A stretch of DNA of 64,000 bases, taken from the IMG/VR virus record IMGVR_UViG_3300027499_000007. The stretch is one strand, 5' to 3'. Origin of the DNA: a virus. The translations under genes were made by a program, and so were the position numbers. Below, one piece after another: positions 7,025 to 15,639 of the stretch; position 1 is the first letter of the stretch, and each line of letters opens with the position of its first letter. Under the pieces are notes generated by a model, which was given only the letters and a program-made list of their open reading frames with translations, was not told the DNA's origin and did no database searches.

Positions 7025-7872
7025 TTGGGCGGCATAACGTCCTTAGGGTAACTACAGCAATGTAGCCAAAGCAGGAAAGCCTACGCACCTGCGCTCGCAA
7101 GAGTCCATTTATGCAAGCCTGGGTCAGGGTTGACTCGCCGTAAGGCGAAAGCAACCCTCGTCACTGTAATGGTTGGCGATAGGCAGTAAGTGAGTGATAT
7201 AAGTCCGAAAGGATACGAACAGAGCCAGTCGGTGAGTTCTAATAGGCTGTGGTGGTCTAGCTGTATCGAACCAAACTCGCGAATGCTGATGATCAACAGG
7301 TAGGTATAGGGTTCGACTGTTCGCGCAGAAGGGCTGAGTACTAGTTTGATAGTTGAACCGATGAGGGGAGACTTGAAAAACCGTTGAGTAGCCCGCAAGG
7401 CAAAAGGCATGAGGTGTGTTGTATTCTGTATCTAACAAGGTATGGAGCAACTGGATCAGCACATCTTGGTAGGTTCGCAAATTGCCTAATGGTAAGGCAA
7501 CAGTCTCTTAAACTGTCGAATCTGGGTTCAATTCCCAGTTTGTATAACAAAAGCGAAAGACTGATCCGGTATGTTGTGAAAGGTGCTTAATACCTGACAC
7601 GCAAGTGAATTGGGTTCACAGAAGCTCGCAAGGCAGAAGTGATTGTTCGGATAGAAGACGTAGACTGTTAGCGCAGTCGAATAGCTCGCAAGGCTAGCGG
7701 AAGATAGATGGACGAATAGCAACATACGACGAGAGAAACGCCACTCTCCAAAAAAGGCAGCACTGAGTGTTACTAGGATAGTCGCAAGGCACCTAGTGGA
7801 TAACGGCTCAACCTTCCTCGCAAGGGACAGGGTACAAGTCAAAGACACTCGTTCAAAGCTGTAATCTCAGGC
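7025..7872 (+). ncRNA. GOLLD-like giant structured RNA
   Basis: About 850 nt, no credible ORF, many GCAA/GAAA-capped hairpins, long-range pair 7117-7123/7866-7872; size, tRNA-island context and embedded tRNA match GOLLD (family call not verified by search). Confidence 0.75.
7475..7546 (+). tRNA. degenerate tRNA-Lys(CUU) embedded in the giant RNA, no CCA
   Basis: D-arm GCCT/AGGC, anticodon arm ACAGT-CTCTTAA-ACTGT, T-arm CTGGG-TTCAATT-CCCAG; only 5-bp acceptor. Confidence 0.8.
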
Positions 7873-7882
7873 TTGGTTAGAT

Positions 7883-8140
7883 GACTTATTAGATGAACAC
7901 ACTGCCCGTCACTAAGCGGGAGGTTCATGAACCCAGTGTGTTCTTCTAATAAGTTTTGGCAGTATGCTAGCAATAGTAAACTGCCCGGAGTTGGGGAAGA
8001 GACGAGAACCAACACACCTGTATGTTTTATACATACTCCGTACAGCAAAAGAGCTTGAAACTCTTGTTGCTTGTGTGCTCTAGTCCTTTCGATTAAGAAC
8101 AACTTTGTGTTTTGTTGACTAGACATAAACGAGCCTTTGT
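7883..8140 (+). ncRNA. candidate structured RNA downstream of the GOLLD-like RNA
   Basis: Two perfect 10-bp helices (7884-7893/7945-7954; 7895-7904/7934-7943) capped by two hairpins, then further stems. Confidence 0.5.
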
Positions 8141-8260
8141 GCATTGTTCTTATGCGGCTTGTTTGTAGGGTTTCCGAAATGGATCCCGGTGTTTATTGTT
8201 AAGTTGGCAACTCACTTTCCCTCTCCGTTTCTATTATGGCAAAACAAAAGGAATAGGCAA

Positions 8261-8827
8261 ATGAACATTACACTACGCAAGGCATCAGCCCTACAAAACT
8301 CAATCAACGAAACACTCAAAGGTCTCGAAGTAACCTCTACTGTTACAGTAGATGAGTTCCAGAACGCAGGTTCTGTAATCGCAGCCAAACGCGACGAAGT
8401 CACTAAGACTATTGTACGCAAGACATCACTGCTAGACGTGCTGTACGCTGTTCGTAAGGGTGTAGCGATTGCTAACGCGGCTGCTGGCATCACAGAGTTA
8501 CTAGCAGACGTAGCACAGCTGGAAAAGCGTATTCAGCTACAAAGTCAGCTAGCCGGCGCAACAGTTCAGCTAGAACCTGCTGTGCTAGATGGGCGTCTAA
8601 ATCGTCTACGTGAGCAGACTGGCGAGACACGTCTGTACCGTTCCACCAGCGGTGTTGAAACTGGTGTGTTCACTGAAGAAGAGGTTAGCAGAGCTAAGGC
8701 AAACCTAGCCGATCTTAAGAAGCTCAAGCAGACTCTACAGGATCGCTTGCTAGAACTTAATGTAAGCACAACAATTAATCTTAGCGAAAAGTCAGTAATC
8801 GTGCTACAGCAAGAAGGTCTTGTATAA
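8261..8827 (+). CDS. coiled-coil hypothetical protein
   Basis: Start MNITLRKA behind RBS; helical heptad character. Confidence 0.8.
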   Translation: MNITLRKASALQNSINETLKGLEVTSTVTVDEFQNAGSVIAAKRDEVTKTIVRKTSLLDVLYAVRKGVAIANAAAGITELLADVAQLEKRIQLQSQLAGATVQLEPAVLDGRLNRLREQTGETRLYRSTSGVETGVFTEEEVSRAKANLADLKKLKQTLQDRLLELNVSTTINLSEKSVIVLQQEGLV

Positions 8828-8836
8828 GTAAATTAT

Positions 8837-8912
8837 CGCGGGATAGAGCAGTCGGCAGCTCGTTAGCCTCATAAGCTAAAGGTCGGAGGTTCAAATCCTT
8901 CTCCCGCAACCA
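8837..8912 (+). tRNA. initiator-like tRNA-fMet(CAU) with atypical anticodon stem
   Basis: C1.A72 mismatch and CGCGGG...CCCGCAACCA as in fMet; stem TTAGC/GCTAA lacks the three G-C pairs. Confidence 0.88.
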
Positions 8913-9110
8913 AATGCGAAAGCCCTCTACACCCATAGACCGAGTGATCACGGTAGGTAACATATGGTGATAGTGCATCAACTGCGAGGGACTAGGGGTG
9001 GAGATATAACCCTGGATTAGGTGGGAGCCCTAAAACTTTTTATGTGCCCGGTTATTGCAAAGATAGCTAATTTTGGTAGACCAATACTAAATACTAGTGG
9101 AGGCCTACCT

Positions 9111-9530
9111 ATGAAAGTATATAATTGTTTAGAATGTGGTGCTGAGTGCAAGTGGGGTCATAGCAAGACTAATAAGTTTTGCAACAATACATGTCAAGCA
9201 GCATATAAATGGAAAAATGAAACAGTGCCGCGCATTGAGAGCGGAACAAGATCTGACCCTTCCACGCTTAAGAAGTATTTTGTTGAAAAGAGGGGCAATG
9301 ATTGCGAAGAGTGCGGCCAAGGTCCAATTTGGAATGGTAAGCCACTGATTTTACAACTAGATCACATAGATGGAAACAGTGACGACAATAGACCTTCTAA
9401 CATTAGATTATTGTGTCCATCTTGTCATTCGCAAACCGATACCTTCGCTGCTAAGGGTCAAGGTTCAAGATATTTGAAAAAAAATACAAAACGTAATAAG
9501 TATCTACAGCAATATAAAACGGGAGATTAG
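9111..9530 (+). CDS. HNH endonuclease
   Basis: RBS GGAGG; CEECG, LDHIDGNSDDN, LLCPSCHSQT. Confidence 0.9.
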   Translation: MKVYNCLECGAECKWGHSKTNKFCNNTCQAAYKWKNETVPRIESGTRSDPSTLKKYFVEKRGNDCEECGQGPIWNGKPLILQLDHIDGNSDDNRPSNIRLLCPSCHSQTDTFAAKGQGSRYLKKNTKRNKYLQQYKTGD

Positions 9531-9595
9531 CTCAGGGGTAGAGCGCCTGCTTTACACGCAGGATGTCCGGGGTTCGAAACCCTGATCTCCCACCA
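9521..9595 (+). tRNA. tRNA-Val(UAC)
   Basis: Loop TT-TAC-AC, CCA. Confidence 0.96.
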
Positions 9596-9607
9596 TTTCT
9601 TAATATT

Positions 9608-9781
9608 ATGAAGAAAACTTATCTAGTAGAAGACTTGTTTAGTGATATACAAGACGATCCTGATCACGTGCTATTAACTTTTCCACCTGAAGTTATCGAA
9701 AGCACAGGATGGAAACCAGGCGACACACTTAATATTGAAGTTAAAGACGGTTGCATATATATTAACAGGGTAGATGAATAA
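9608..9781 (+). CDS. AbrB/MazE/SpoVT-like small protein
   Basis: LTFPPEVIESTGWKPGDTLNIEV pattern. Confidence 0.6.
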   Translation: MKKTYLVEDLFSDIQDDPDHVLLTFPPEVIESTGWKPGDTLNIEVKDGCIYINRVDE

Positions 9782-9789
9782 ATAGTTTT

Positions 9790-9854
9790 ATCAGTTGTTG
9801 ACAGCTGACAATAAAAGCGGCAAGACCCCGGGGCAGTACCGGGCAGGTCCACCA
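9790..9854 (+). ncRNA. ssrA: tmRNA acceptor piece (permuted two-piece gene)
   Basis: T-arm CCCGG-GGCAGTA-CCGGG then CAGGTCC-ACCA; late promoter ATAAATA 9778-9784; 5' end approximate. Confidence 0.9.
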
Positions 9855-9867
9855 TAAGGAAATTGCT

Positions 9868-10068
9868 ATGACCCAAGACGAAGAGCGTTTGTATTGGAGA
9901 GGCTATCATTTTCCAGGTACGCTCTCCGACGAGGAGTTAGCGGAATGGCATAAGATAGTTGACAAGCACCACGGAAGAGATATTCCTAGCGAAAGCGAAC
10001 AGGAATATTGGGGTCGTGCGCTACTTGCATTTGCTATCGTGCTTGTGCTAGTAGCAGTTTTTTTATGA
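9868..10068 (+). CDS. 66-aa tail-anchored membrane protein inside the tmRNA intervening segment
   Basis: RBS AAGGA; C-terminal hydrophobic helix; fills the gap between the tmRNA pieces. Confidence 0.7.
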   Translation: MTQDEERLYWRGYHFPGTLSDEELAEWHKIVDKHHGRDIPSESEQEYWGRALLAFAIVLVLVAVFL

Positions 10069-10069
10069 T

Positions 10070-10230
10070 GGGCCTGACATAGGATCGATTGACGTGGAAT
10101 AGGAATGCCGAGACTGATTGACTGGCAAAGTGCCAAACAAAGTAACTGCAAACGATAACTTTGCATATGAGGAACTTGCCCTAGCGGCATGATTCTTCGG
10201 GGTAGGAAATACCTAGCAACAGAAAACACC
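10070..10230 (+). ncRNA. ssrA: tmRNA coding piece, tag ANDNFAYEELALAA
   Basis: 5' GGGCCTG pairs with CAGGTCC (G3.U70); tag frame 10148-10192 ends in TGA. Confidence 0.92.
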
Positions 10231-10259
10231 AATAGGAGCCTTCGGGCTCCTATTTTTTT
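10231..10259 (+). terminator. rho-independent terminator
   Basis: AATAGGAGCC-TTCG-GGCTCCTATT plus T run. Confidence 0.92.
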
Positions 10260-10357
10260 GACTAAAATTTGCCACTTTATTTGCTGATAATGTTGTAGAG
10301 CAATAAATACATATAGAGTGTTTTACGATATGCTCTACTGCACACAAAGAGGACACT

Positions 10358-10705
10358 ATGAACGCTTGCTTTACCTGTCTAAACTGTGGTAAGAATAACC
10401 CAGTTAAAGGACACAGTTATACTAACAAATACTGTAACAACAGTTGCCAACAGCAACATCGCAGTAGGTCGTTAGTTAACGAATGGAAACAGCATCCTGA
10501 AACTACAGCGTGGAGACAGGTACCTGAATGGGTTAAGAAATATCTCATTGAGGCCAGAGGTCATAGTTGTCAAGTCTGTGGCAGTAGAACGCATAACGGA
10601 AAGGAAATACCATTAGCGATTGATTATGCTGATGGCAATACTCACAACAGTGCCGAGGAAAACCTGGTACTGATCTGTCCAAATTGTAAGGCACAGAAAC
10701 ATTAA
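10358..10705 (+). CDS. degenerate HNH-family, Cys-rich protein
   Basis: CLNC, CQVCG and ICPNC kept; DHIDG motif altered to DYADG; late promoter at 10303. Confidence 0.75.
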   Translation: MNACFTCLNCGKNNPVKGHSYTNKYCNNSCQQQHRSRSLVNEWKQHPETTAWRQVPEWVKKYLIEARGHSCQVCGSRTHNGKEIPLAIDYADGNTHNSAEENLVLICPNCKAQKH

Positions 10706-10716
10706 GGAGAAACTAA

Positions 10717-11262
10717 ATGAAAACAGTTGGTGATAAAATTGAAACTTTTGCAGTAACAGGTGTTAAGCCAGGCGCACTAACACCAGATGGTGCTTTTGAG
10801 ACCATCACAGAAAAGAGCTTTGAAGGTAAATGGAAGGTAATTGTGTTCTATCCAAAGGACTTTACTTTTGTTTGCCCAACAGAAATCGTAGCCTACGACA
10901 AGCTCAACAACGACTTTGCTGATCGCGATGCGGTACTATTAGTTGGCAGCACAGACAATGAGTTCTGTAAGCTAGCTTGGCGTGCAGCTCATGAGGATCT
11001 AAAGAAAACAAACAGTTGGATGTTTGCTGACGTTGCTCGTGACGAACTAAGTCTTGCTGATCAGCTAGGCATCTTCTATGCACCAGCTGGCGCCGCACTT
11101 CGTGCTACATTCGTTGTTGACCCAGACAACGTTATCCAGCACGTTACTGTTAACAACCTAGACGTTGGTCGTAGCCCAGAAGAAACACTTCGTATACTAG
11201 ATGCATTACAGACTGGCGAACTATGCCCATGCAGTCGTCCTATTGGTGGTGACACATTATGA
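10717..11262 (+). CDS. ahpC: alkyl hydroperoxide reductase C (peroxiredoxin)
   Basis: FYPKDFTFVCPTE and GELCPC. Confidence 0.95.
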   Translation: MKTVGDKIETFAVTGVKPGALTPDGAFETITEKSFEGKWKVIVFYPKDFTFVCPTEIVAYDKLNNDFADRDAVLLVGSTDNEFCKLAWRAAHEDLKKTNSWMFADVARDELSLADQLGIFYAPAGAALRATFVVDPDNVIQHVTVNNLDVGRSPEETLRILDALQTGELCPCSRPIGGDTL

Positions 11263-11768
11263 ATTGGCTAGAAGGGTTCAAGGCAGCATTGCCTGACTAT
11301 GCCAAGGACACTAGACTAAACTTGGATGGAGTTCTACTACGTTCAAGTTTAGATCCAGTTGTTGCAGAAGGATGTGCATTAGCTGCCGCAGTTGCCACAG
11401 GCAATGGAAAGATTGTTGGCATTATTTTAGGTGGCATGGCCAACGAGCAAGAGCGTAATGCAGCAATGACAGCCGCTAGCATCATGGCTCAAAACAACAT
11501 TTGGTACCCATACAACGAAATGGTAGATGACGCATTCAAAGGCATGAGCCCTGGACTACGTATGAATGCTATTGCTACACATGGCGGCACGTCAAAGGAA
11601 AACTTTGAAGCATACAGTCTAGCAGCCAGCATTGTGGGCAAGTGTCACTTCTGTGTAAAGAGTCATTTCAATACACTAAAGGAAGCTGGTTACAGCTTAG
11701 ATCAGCTTAAAGACATTGGCCGTATCGCTAGCGTTATGAACAGTGTTTGTAAGGTTCTAGTAGGTTAA
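11259..11768 (+). CDS. ahpD: alkyl hydroperoxide reductase D
   Basis: SIVGKCHFCVKSH CxxC motif; coupled to ahpC. Confidence 0.9.
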   Translation: MNWLEGFKAALPDYAKDTRLNLDGVLLRSSLDPVVAEGCALAAAVATGNGKIVGIILGGMANEQERNAAMTAASIMAQNNIWYPYNEMVDDAFKGMSPGLRMNAIATHGGTSKENFEAYSLAASIVGKCHFCVKSHFNTLKEAGYSLDQLKDIGRIASVMNSVCKVLVG

Positions 11769-11789
11769 TATAACATTTTAATCTTCAGG

Positions 11790-11816
11790 AAAAAGGCTCC
11801 TTCGGGAGCCTTTTTT
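11790..11816 (+). terminator. rho-independent terminator
   Basis: AAAAAGGCTCC-TTCG-GGAGCCTTTTT. Confidence 0.92.
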
Positions 11817-11829
11817 ATTAAATAACGAT

Positions 11830-12024
11830 ATGAGTAAGCACCTAAAAATTAGAAACACAACCTACATACCTCATTTTAAATTTGCATTTGGTGCAGGTAT
11901 AGTATTGCTCAAAGCTGGCGTTATAAGTGTGTTGCATTCGTTAATGCCTGACTTTATGCCCAGTTACGCTGAACGTAAAACGTTGGCGCTTGCACGACTT
12001 GCGAGAATGAAAAATGGAAAATAA
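11830..12024 (+). CDS. DUF6356-like small membrane protein
   Basis: KHL...YIPHFKFAF...VLHSLMP pattern. Confidence 0.55.
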   Translation: MSKHLKIRNTTYIPHFKFAFGAGIVLLKAGVISVLHSLMPDFMPSYAERKTLALARLARMKNGK

Positions 12025-13321
12025 GATTTTAACAGTATCACCCGACCTAATAATTAACGACCATAATGGTAGTCACACTCGAGATGAATTAGCAAAAGCC
12101 GTTTCATATTGGGAAGATAAGATTAACTCTGTAAGTGACCCAAGACCAATTGCAATTTGTTTTGGTGCCGGCAGTACAACATTTCAAACTGTTGCATTAT
12201 TACTTGCTATTATCTCATCTGGAAGAAATTACTATAAGTTCGATCAATTGTCGCCTGGTGCTATTAAGGAAGATATCAAGTATCCTAGAATAGAGGGAGG
12301 TGTATCTATTACTTTTATTGCAGGATCCGTTAAAACAGACTTTGATTACAGTAATGATCCTGATGTAGTTGAAATTGAATTAGAAAAGTTTTTGTCAGCG
12401 GCAAAGACATACGATCGATCACACAATCTAACATTTGAATTCAAGCAGTCTCAAAAAAGATTTAACAGCACTAGCGGTACAACTACAGGTTTTCCTAATT
12501 TAATAGAAGCAACAGTAGGCAATGATGGCCATAGCATTAAAACAGCAATGGACAATTATATATCAACAGATGATCATTGTGGATTCTCTCACAGCATGAG
12601 CCACATCGGTGTACATACCACAGCTATTTTACCAGCTGTCTTTAAAGCTAAGAAAGTTAGTTTTATAGAAACAGGTTTTGAATGGCAAGAAAAAGTTGCA
12701 GATGTAACTCATACACAATTTTTTTACACTATGATAGACTTGTATAATTTCCCTGATCAACATAATGTAAAAACTGTTACCACCGGCGGCGATTTCTTAA
12801 TGCCTAATCTTGTTAATAAATTATTAAGCGCAGGTGTAGAAAAAATTGTCGACATTTACGGTTTAACAGAAGCAGCACCACCTCTTGCTATTAGAGAAAT
12901 AACATGTTTAGATGATATGAGTAAACCTTTTAAATGGGTTAATGATGCATATGATTGCTACATTGATGAAAGAGGCACAGCAGTTGTAGTGAGACCCGAT
13001 GGTGTACATTGGCGAGCAAACGATCTAGCCCGTTATGACCGTGATACTAAAGAGTTTTATTACCTCGGCCGTTATGGTGCAGGACTAAGGGTTAGAATTC
13101 AAGGATTACTATTTGATACACACGATTTCAAAGAAAAGTTTGAAAGCGAAACAATGATATCAAATTATTTCTTAGACACAACATCAAACATTCCAAAGCT
13201 ATTGATAACAGCAAAAGATCAACTTACTGCTGAAAAGTTCATAAATGATTTTGAAGTAGCTGTTGAATTGCACATCACTGATCACTTCCGTACTAACGGC
13301 GGAATTAAGAATACAGCATGA
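12014..13321 (+). CDS. AMP-binding (ANL-family) adenylating enzyme, divergent
   Basis: STSGTTTG, YGLTEA, NDLA and YLGR motifs. Confidence 0.75.
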   Translation: MENKILTVSPDLIINDHNGSHTRDELAKAVSYWEDKINSVSDPRPIAICFGAGSTTFQTVALLLAIISSGRNYYKFDQLSPGAIKEDIKYPRIEGGVSITFIAGSVKTDFDYSNDPDVVEIELEKFLSAAKTYDRSHNLTFEFKQSQKRFNSTSGTTTGFPNLIEATVGNDGHSIKTAMDNYISTDDHCGFSHSMSHIGVHTTAILPAVFKAKKVSFIETGFEWQEKVADVTHTQFFYTMIDLYNFPDQHNVKTVTTGGDFLMPNLVNKLLSAGVEKIVDIYGLTEAAPPLAIREITCLDDMSKPFKWVNDAYDCYIDERGTAVVVRPDGVHWRANDLARYDRDTKEFYYLGRYGAGLRVRIQGLLFDTHDFKEKFESETMISNYFLDTTSNIPKLLITAKDQLTAEKFINDFEVAVELHITDHFRTNGGIKNTA

Positions 13322-14190
13322 CTACAAGACCACCACACTGGCCCGAACAAAAGAAAAATAGATTCTTTTCTTTTGGATGCAGTATGACATCATTTGCATG
13401 GCCAAGTTGGGCAGACTTAATTGCTTATCATAACAACGCCGACGCTTATTTTAATTCTGGCGGCCCTGGTACAGGCAACAGAACTATCATGCAAATGGTA
13501 CATGAAGCAGACAGCATCTGTGGTTTTAGACCCGAAGATACTGTACTAGTAATGCTCACTAGCCCTTGGCGCAATGATACTTTTATACGTGGAGAATGGC
13601 AACCAAGAGGTAGTGTGTTCAATGATGCTTTCGGAGATCATTATACACCTGATTGGAAATCAAAGTTTTGGTCTAATGAGATGGGAGTAATGAACACTTG
13701 GTTGGCAGCTAAATCTATTCATGATTTATTAACAGCTAGAAAAGTAAAATTTAAAATACTAACAGCATTACCTTATAAGGTTAGTCAACCTTCAGAGTTC
13801 TTTGATGGTTCAATCACAGATTATGACGTGACGTTTTATGAAACAGAAATAGAAAAATATTTAGACGTAAGTAGAACGTTGTGGCAATTTTCTAATGAAG
13901 GTCCGTATTATGCTAAGGACAGATATTGGTTCGATGATATGGGATGCCATGATGTGCATCCTACAATAATCCAACATGCACATTATGTTCGAGATTACTT
14001 GCCTGAATTTTATAACGAAGAACTTGAAAAATCTGCACAAGAATTGCACACTATGATCAAACCAGAGTCCCATAGAGTAAACTATTTTAAACCAGAACTG
14101 CAAAAGTACTTTGGTGTGAAGTTAGGCAGTATGACTTATGTCATAGATTCTAAAGTGAATCCGTATCCTAATTTTAATGATTATACATAA
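13318..14190 (+). CDS. SGNH-like protein
   Basis: SFGCSMT, N-x-G...GN and DVHP blocks. Confidence 0.6.
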   Translation: MTTRPPHWPEQKKNRFFSFGCSMTSFAWPSWADLIAYHNNADAYFNSGGPGTGNRTIMQMVHEADSICGFRPEDTVLVMLTSPWRNDTFIRGEWQPRGSVFNDAFGDHYTPDWKSKFWSNEMGVMNTWLAAKSIHDLLTARKVKFKILTALPYKVSQPSEFFDGSITDYDVTFYETEIEKYLDVSRTLWQFSNEGPYYAKDRYWFDDMGCHDVHPTIIQHAHYVRDYLPEFYNEELEKSAQELHTMIKPESHRVNYFKPELQKYFGVKLGSMTYVIDSKVNPYPNFNDYT

Positions 14191-15556
14191 CTTTACTGAA
14201 GGCAGCACTTAATGCTGCTATCTCATCTTGGTTCCAATCAGTGTTAACTAGCTTGTCATAATTATACATAATCTTTTCTTTAACACTATCTTGTTTGAAC
14301 CAAGCTGCTTTTTCTTCTTTGTTTAAGTTATAGAAATATTTTATAACACGATTAATATATTCTACACGCTTGCTTAAAGAATCTCCTGGGTGAGATTCAA
14401 CTAGAAGATCTTCATCAAATGTTTTGAAACCTAGTTCGTGAAGCAACCGTGTATTTCCTCTATGACCTAACACAATAAAAGGCATTTGATTTAGAATAGG
14501 CCAAAATACTTTTTCACTTAACACACCTGCTTGAACACTTTCTTTGGTATAATCGTGTGTTTCAGTTACTATTTCAAAAAACGATCCTAGTCGATATTTG
14601 TTTATACTTTTATTAGCAAGAACATGTTCTTGTTGTAGTTGTTTATCTTCATCTAACTCAATAGGCAACATCTCGAATGCGGCATCTATGTATTTTGAAT
14701 ACTCAATAAAATTTTCATCAGCTGTATCAGAGAAATACTTTAGTGATTCAAAGTATCCTTTTATTTGATCTGAGTCAAGTTTTACTGTAGCTGGCGCTTC
14801 GCACAAGAAAGAAAAGTAACCATTGTCTAAAGTATTGTGTCGTAACATACTTAACATCAACATACATCTAGCTTCTCTTGGTGCACGATTAGAACAAAAG
14901 AAAACTTTTTTGTTTTCTAAATTTTCTAAGTGATCATTGTATGTTAAAAAACCTCTAGATAAATTAGATGGTAGCTTGACATGTTCAATCCATTGTCTAG
15001 AATATACAGATTCAACATTACGTTGTTCTACTCCTAAATCCATGTATAATTTAGACATATTATGTATAATAATAGGATTTATTAATCCTTCTAACTTTAA
15101 TCGGAGGTCTAGATTAATCACTAACTGGCCGTACCATGCGCTATCAAAGTCTGTATCGAGCCATTCGAACCCAAATTCACCAGGTTGACTTAATAGGATA
15201 GGTATTCCTGTTTCCTTTAAAAAGTTGATTGTATTTTTTGGTAGCCAATACACCCAGTTAGTTTCAAACATTGTAGCAATATCTGAAATAGTAACTACAT
15301 AAAATGTCGGAGTTTTATGTACATCATCTGCTATAGCATACATTTGCTCATGTGAACACAGCTCTACATTGCCACCATTTATTAAACGTTTGAGTTGAAC
15401 TTTATTACCATGGGCCCAGTTTTGCCGCACATTTCCGGTAGAGAACTCTTGCATTTCTGTTAGCTTCATGCCAATGCAATTAAAGTCATAATCATCGCCT
15501 AGCGTATGCTTGCTAAACTTGTTATATTCTTGTACTATAAGACGAATTTTTTGCAT
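14174..15556 (-). CDS. putative glycosyltransferase-like phage protein
   Basis: FEIVTET...SEKVFWPI...MPFIVLG...LGFKTFD; same motif set as the C-terminal part of 41112-42929; minus-strand ATAAATA at 15574-15580. Confidence 0.55.
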   Translation of the reverse strand: MQKIRLIVQEYNKFSKHTLGDDYDFNCIGMKLTEMQEFSTGNVRQNWAHGNKVQLKRLINGGNVELCSHEQMYAIADDVHKTPTFYVVTISDIATMFETNWVYWLPKNTINFLKETGIPILLSQPGEFGFEWLDTDFDSAWYGQLVINLDLRLKLEGLINPIIIHNMSKLYMDLGVEQRNVESVYSRQWIEHVKLPSNLSRGFLTYNDHLENLENKKVFFCSNRAPREARCMLMLSMLRHNTLDNGYFSFLCEAPATVKLDSDQIKGYFESLKYFSDTADENFIEYSKYIDAAFEMLPIELDEDKQLQQEHVLANKSINKYRLGSFFEIVTETHDYTKESVQAGVLSEKVFWPILNQMPFIVLGHRGNTRLLHELGFKTFDEDLLVESHPGDSLSKRVEYINRVIKYFYNLNKEEKAAWFKQDSVKEKIMYNYDKLVNTDWNQDEIAALSAAFSKVMYNH

Positions 15557-15639
15557 GTGTGTACCTTATTTGATATTTATCTATAGCTTTAATTGTTCAT
15601 TTATGTTCAGGAACGTCTTTTAATACGATAAATAACACT

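Noticed and set aside
7025-7872. Group I or II intron interpretation of the giant RNA
   Set aside because: No interrupted gene flanks it, it has its own promoter, and I could not locate P7 or domain V cores.
7081-8144. ORFs across the giant RNA region on both strands
   Set aside because: No RBS, atypical composition, mutually overlapping; the region is better explained by RNA structure.
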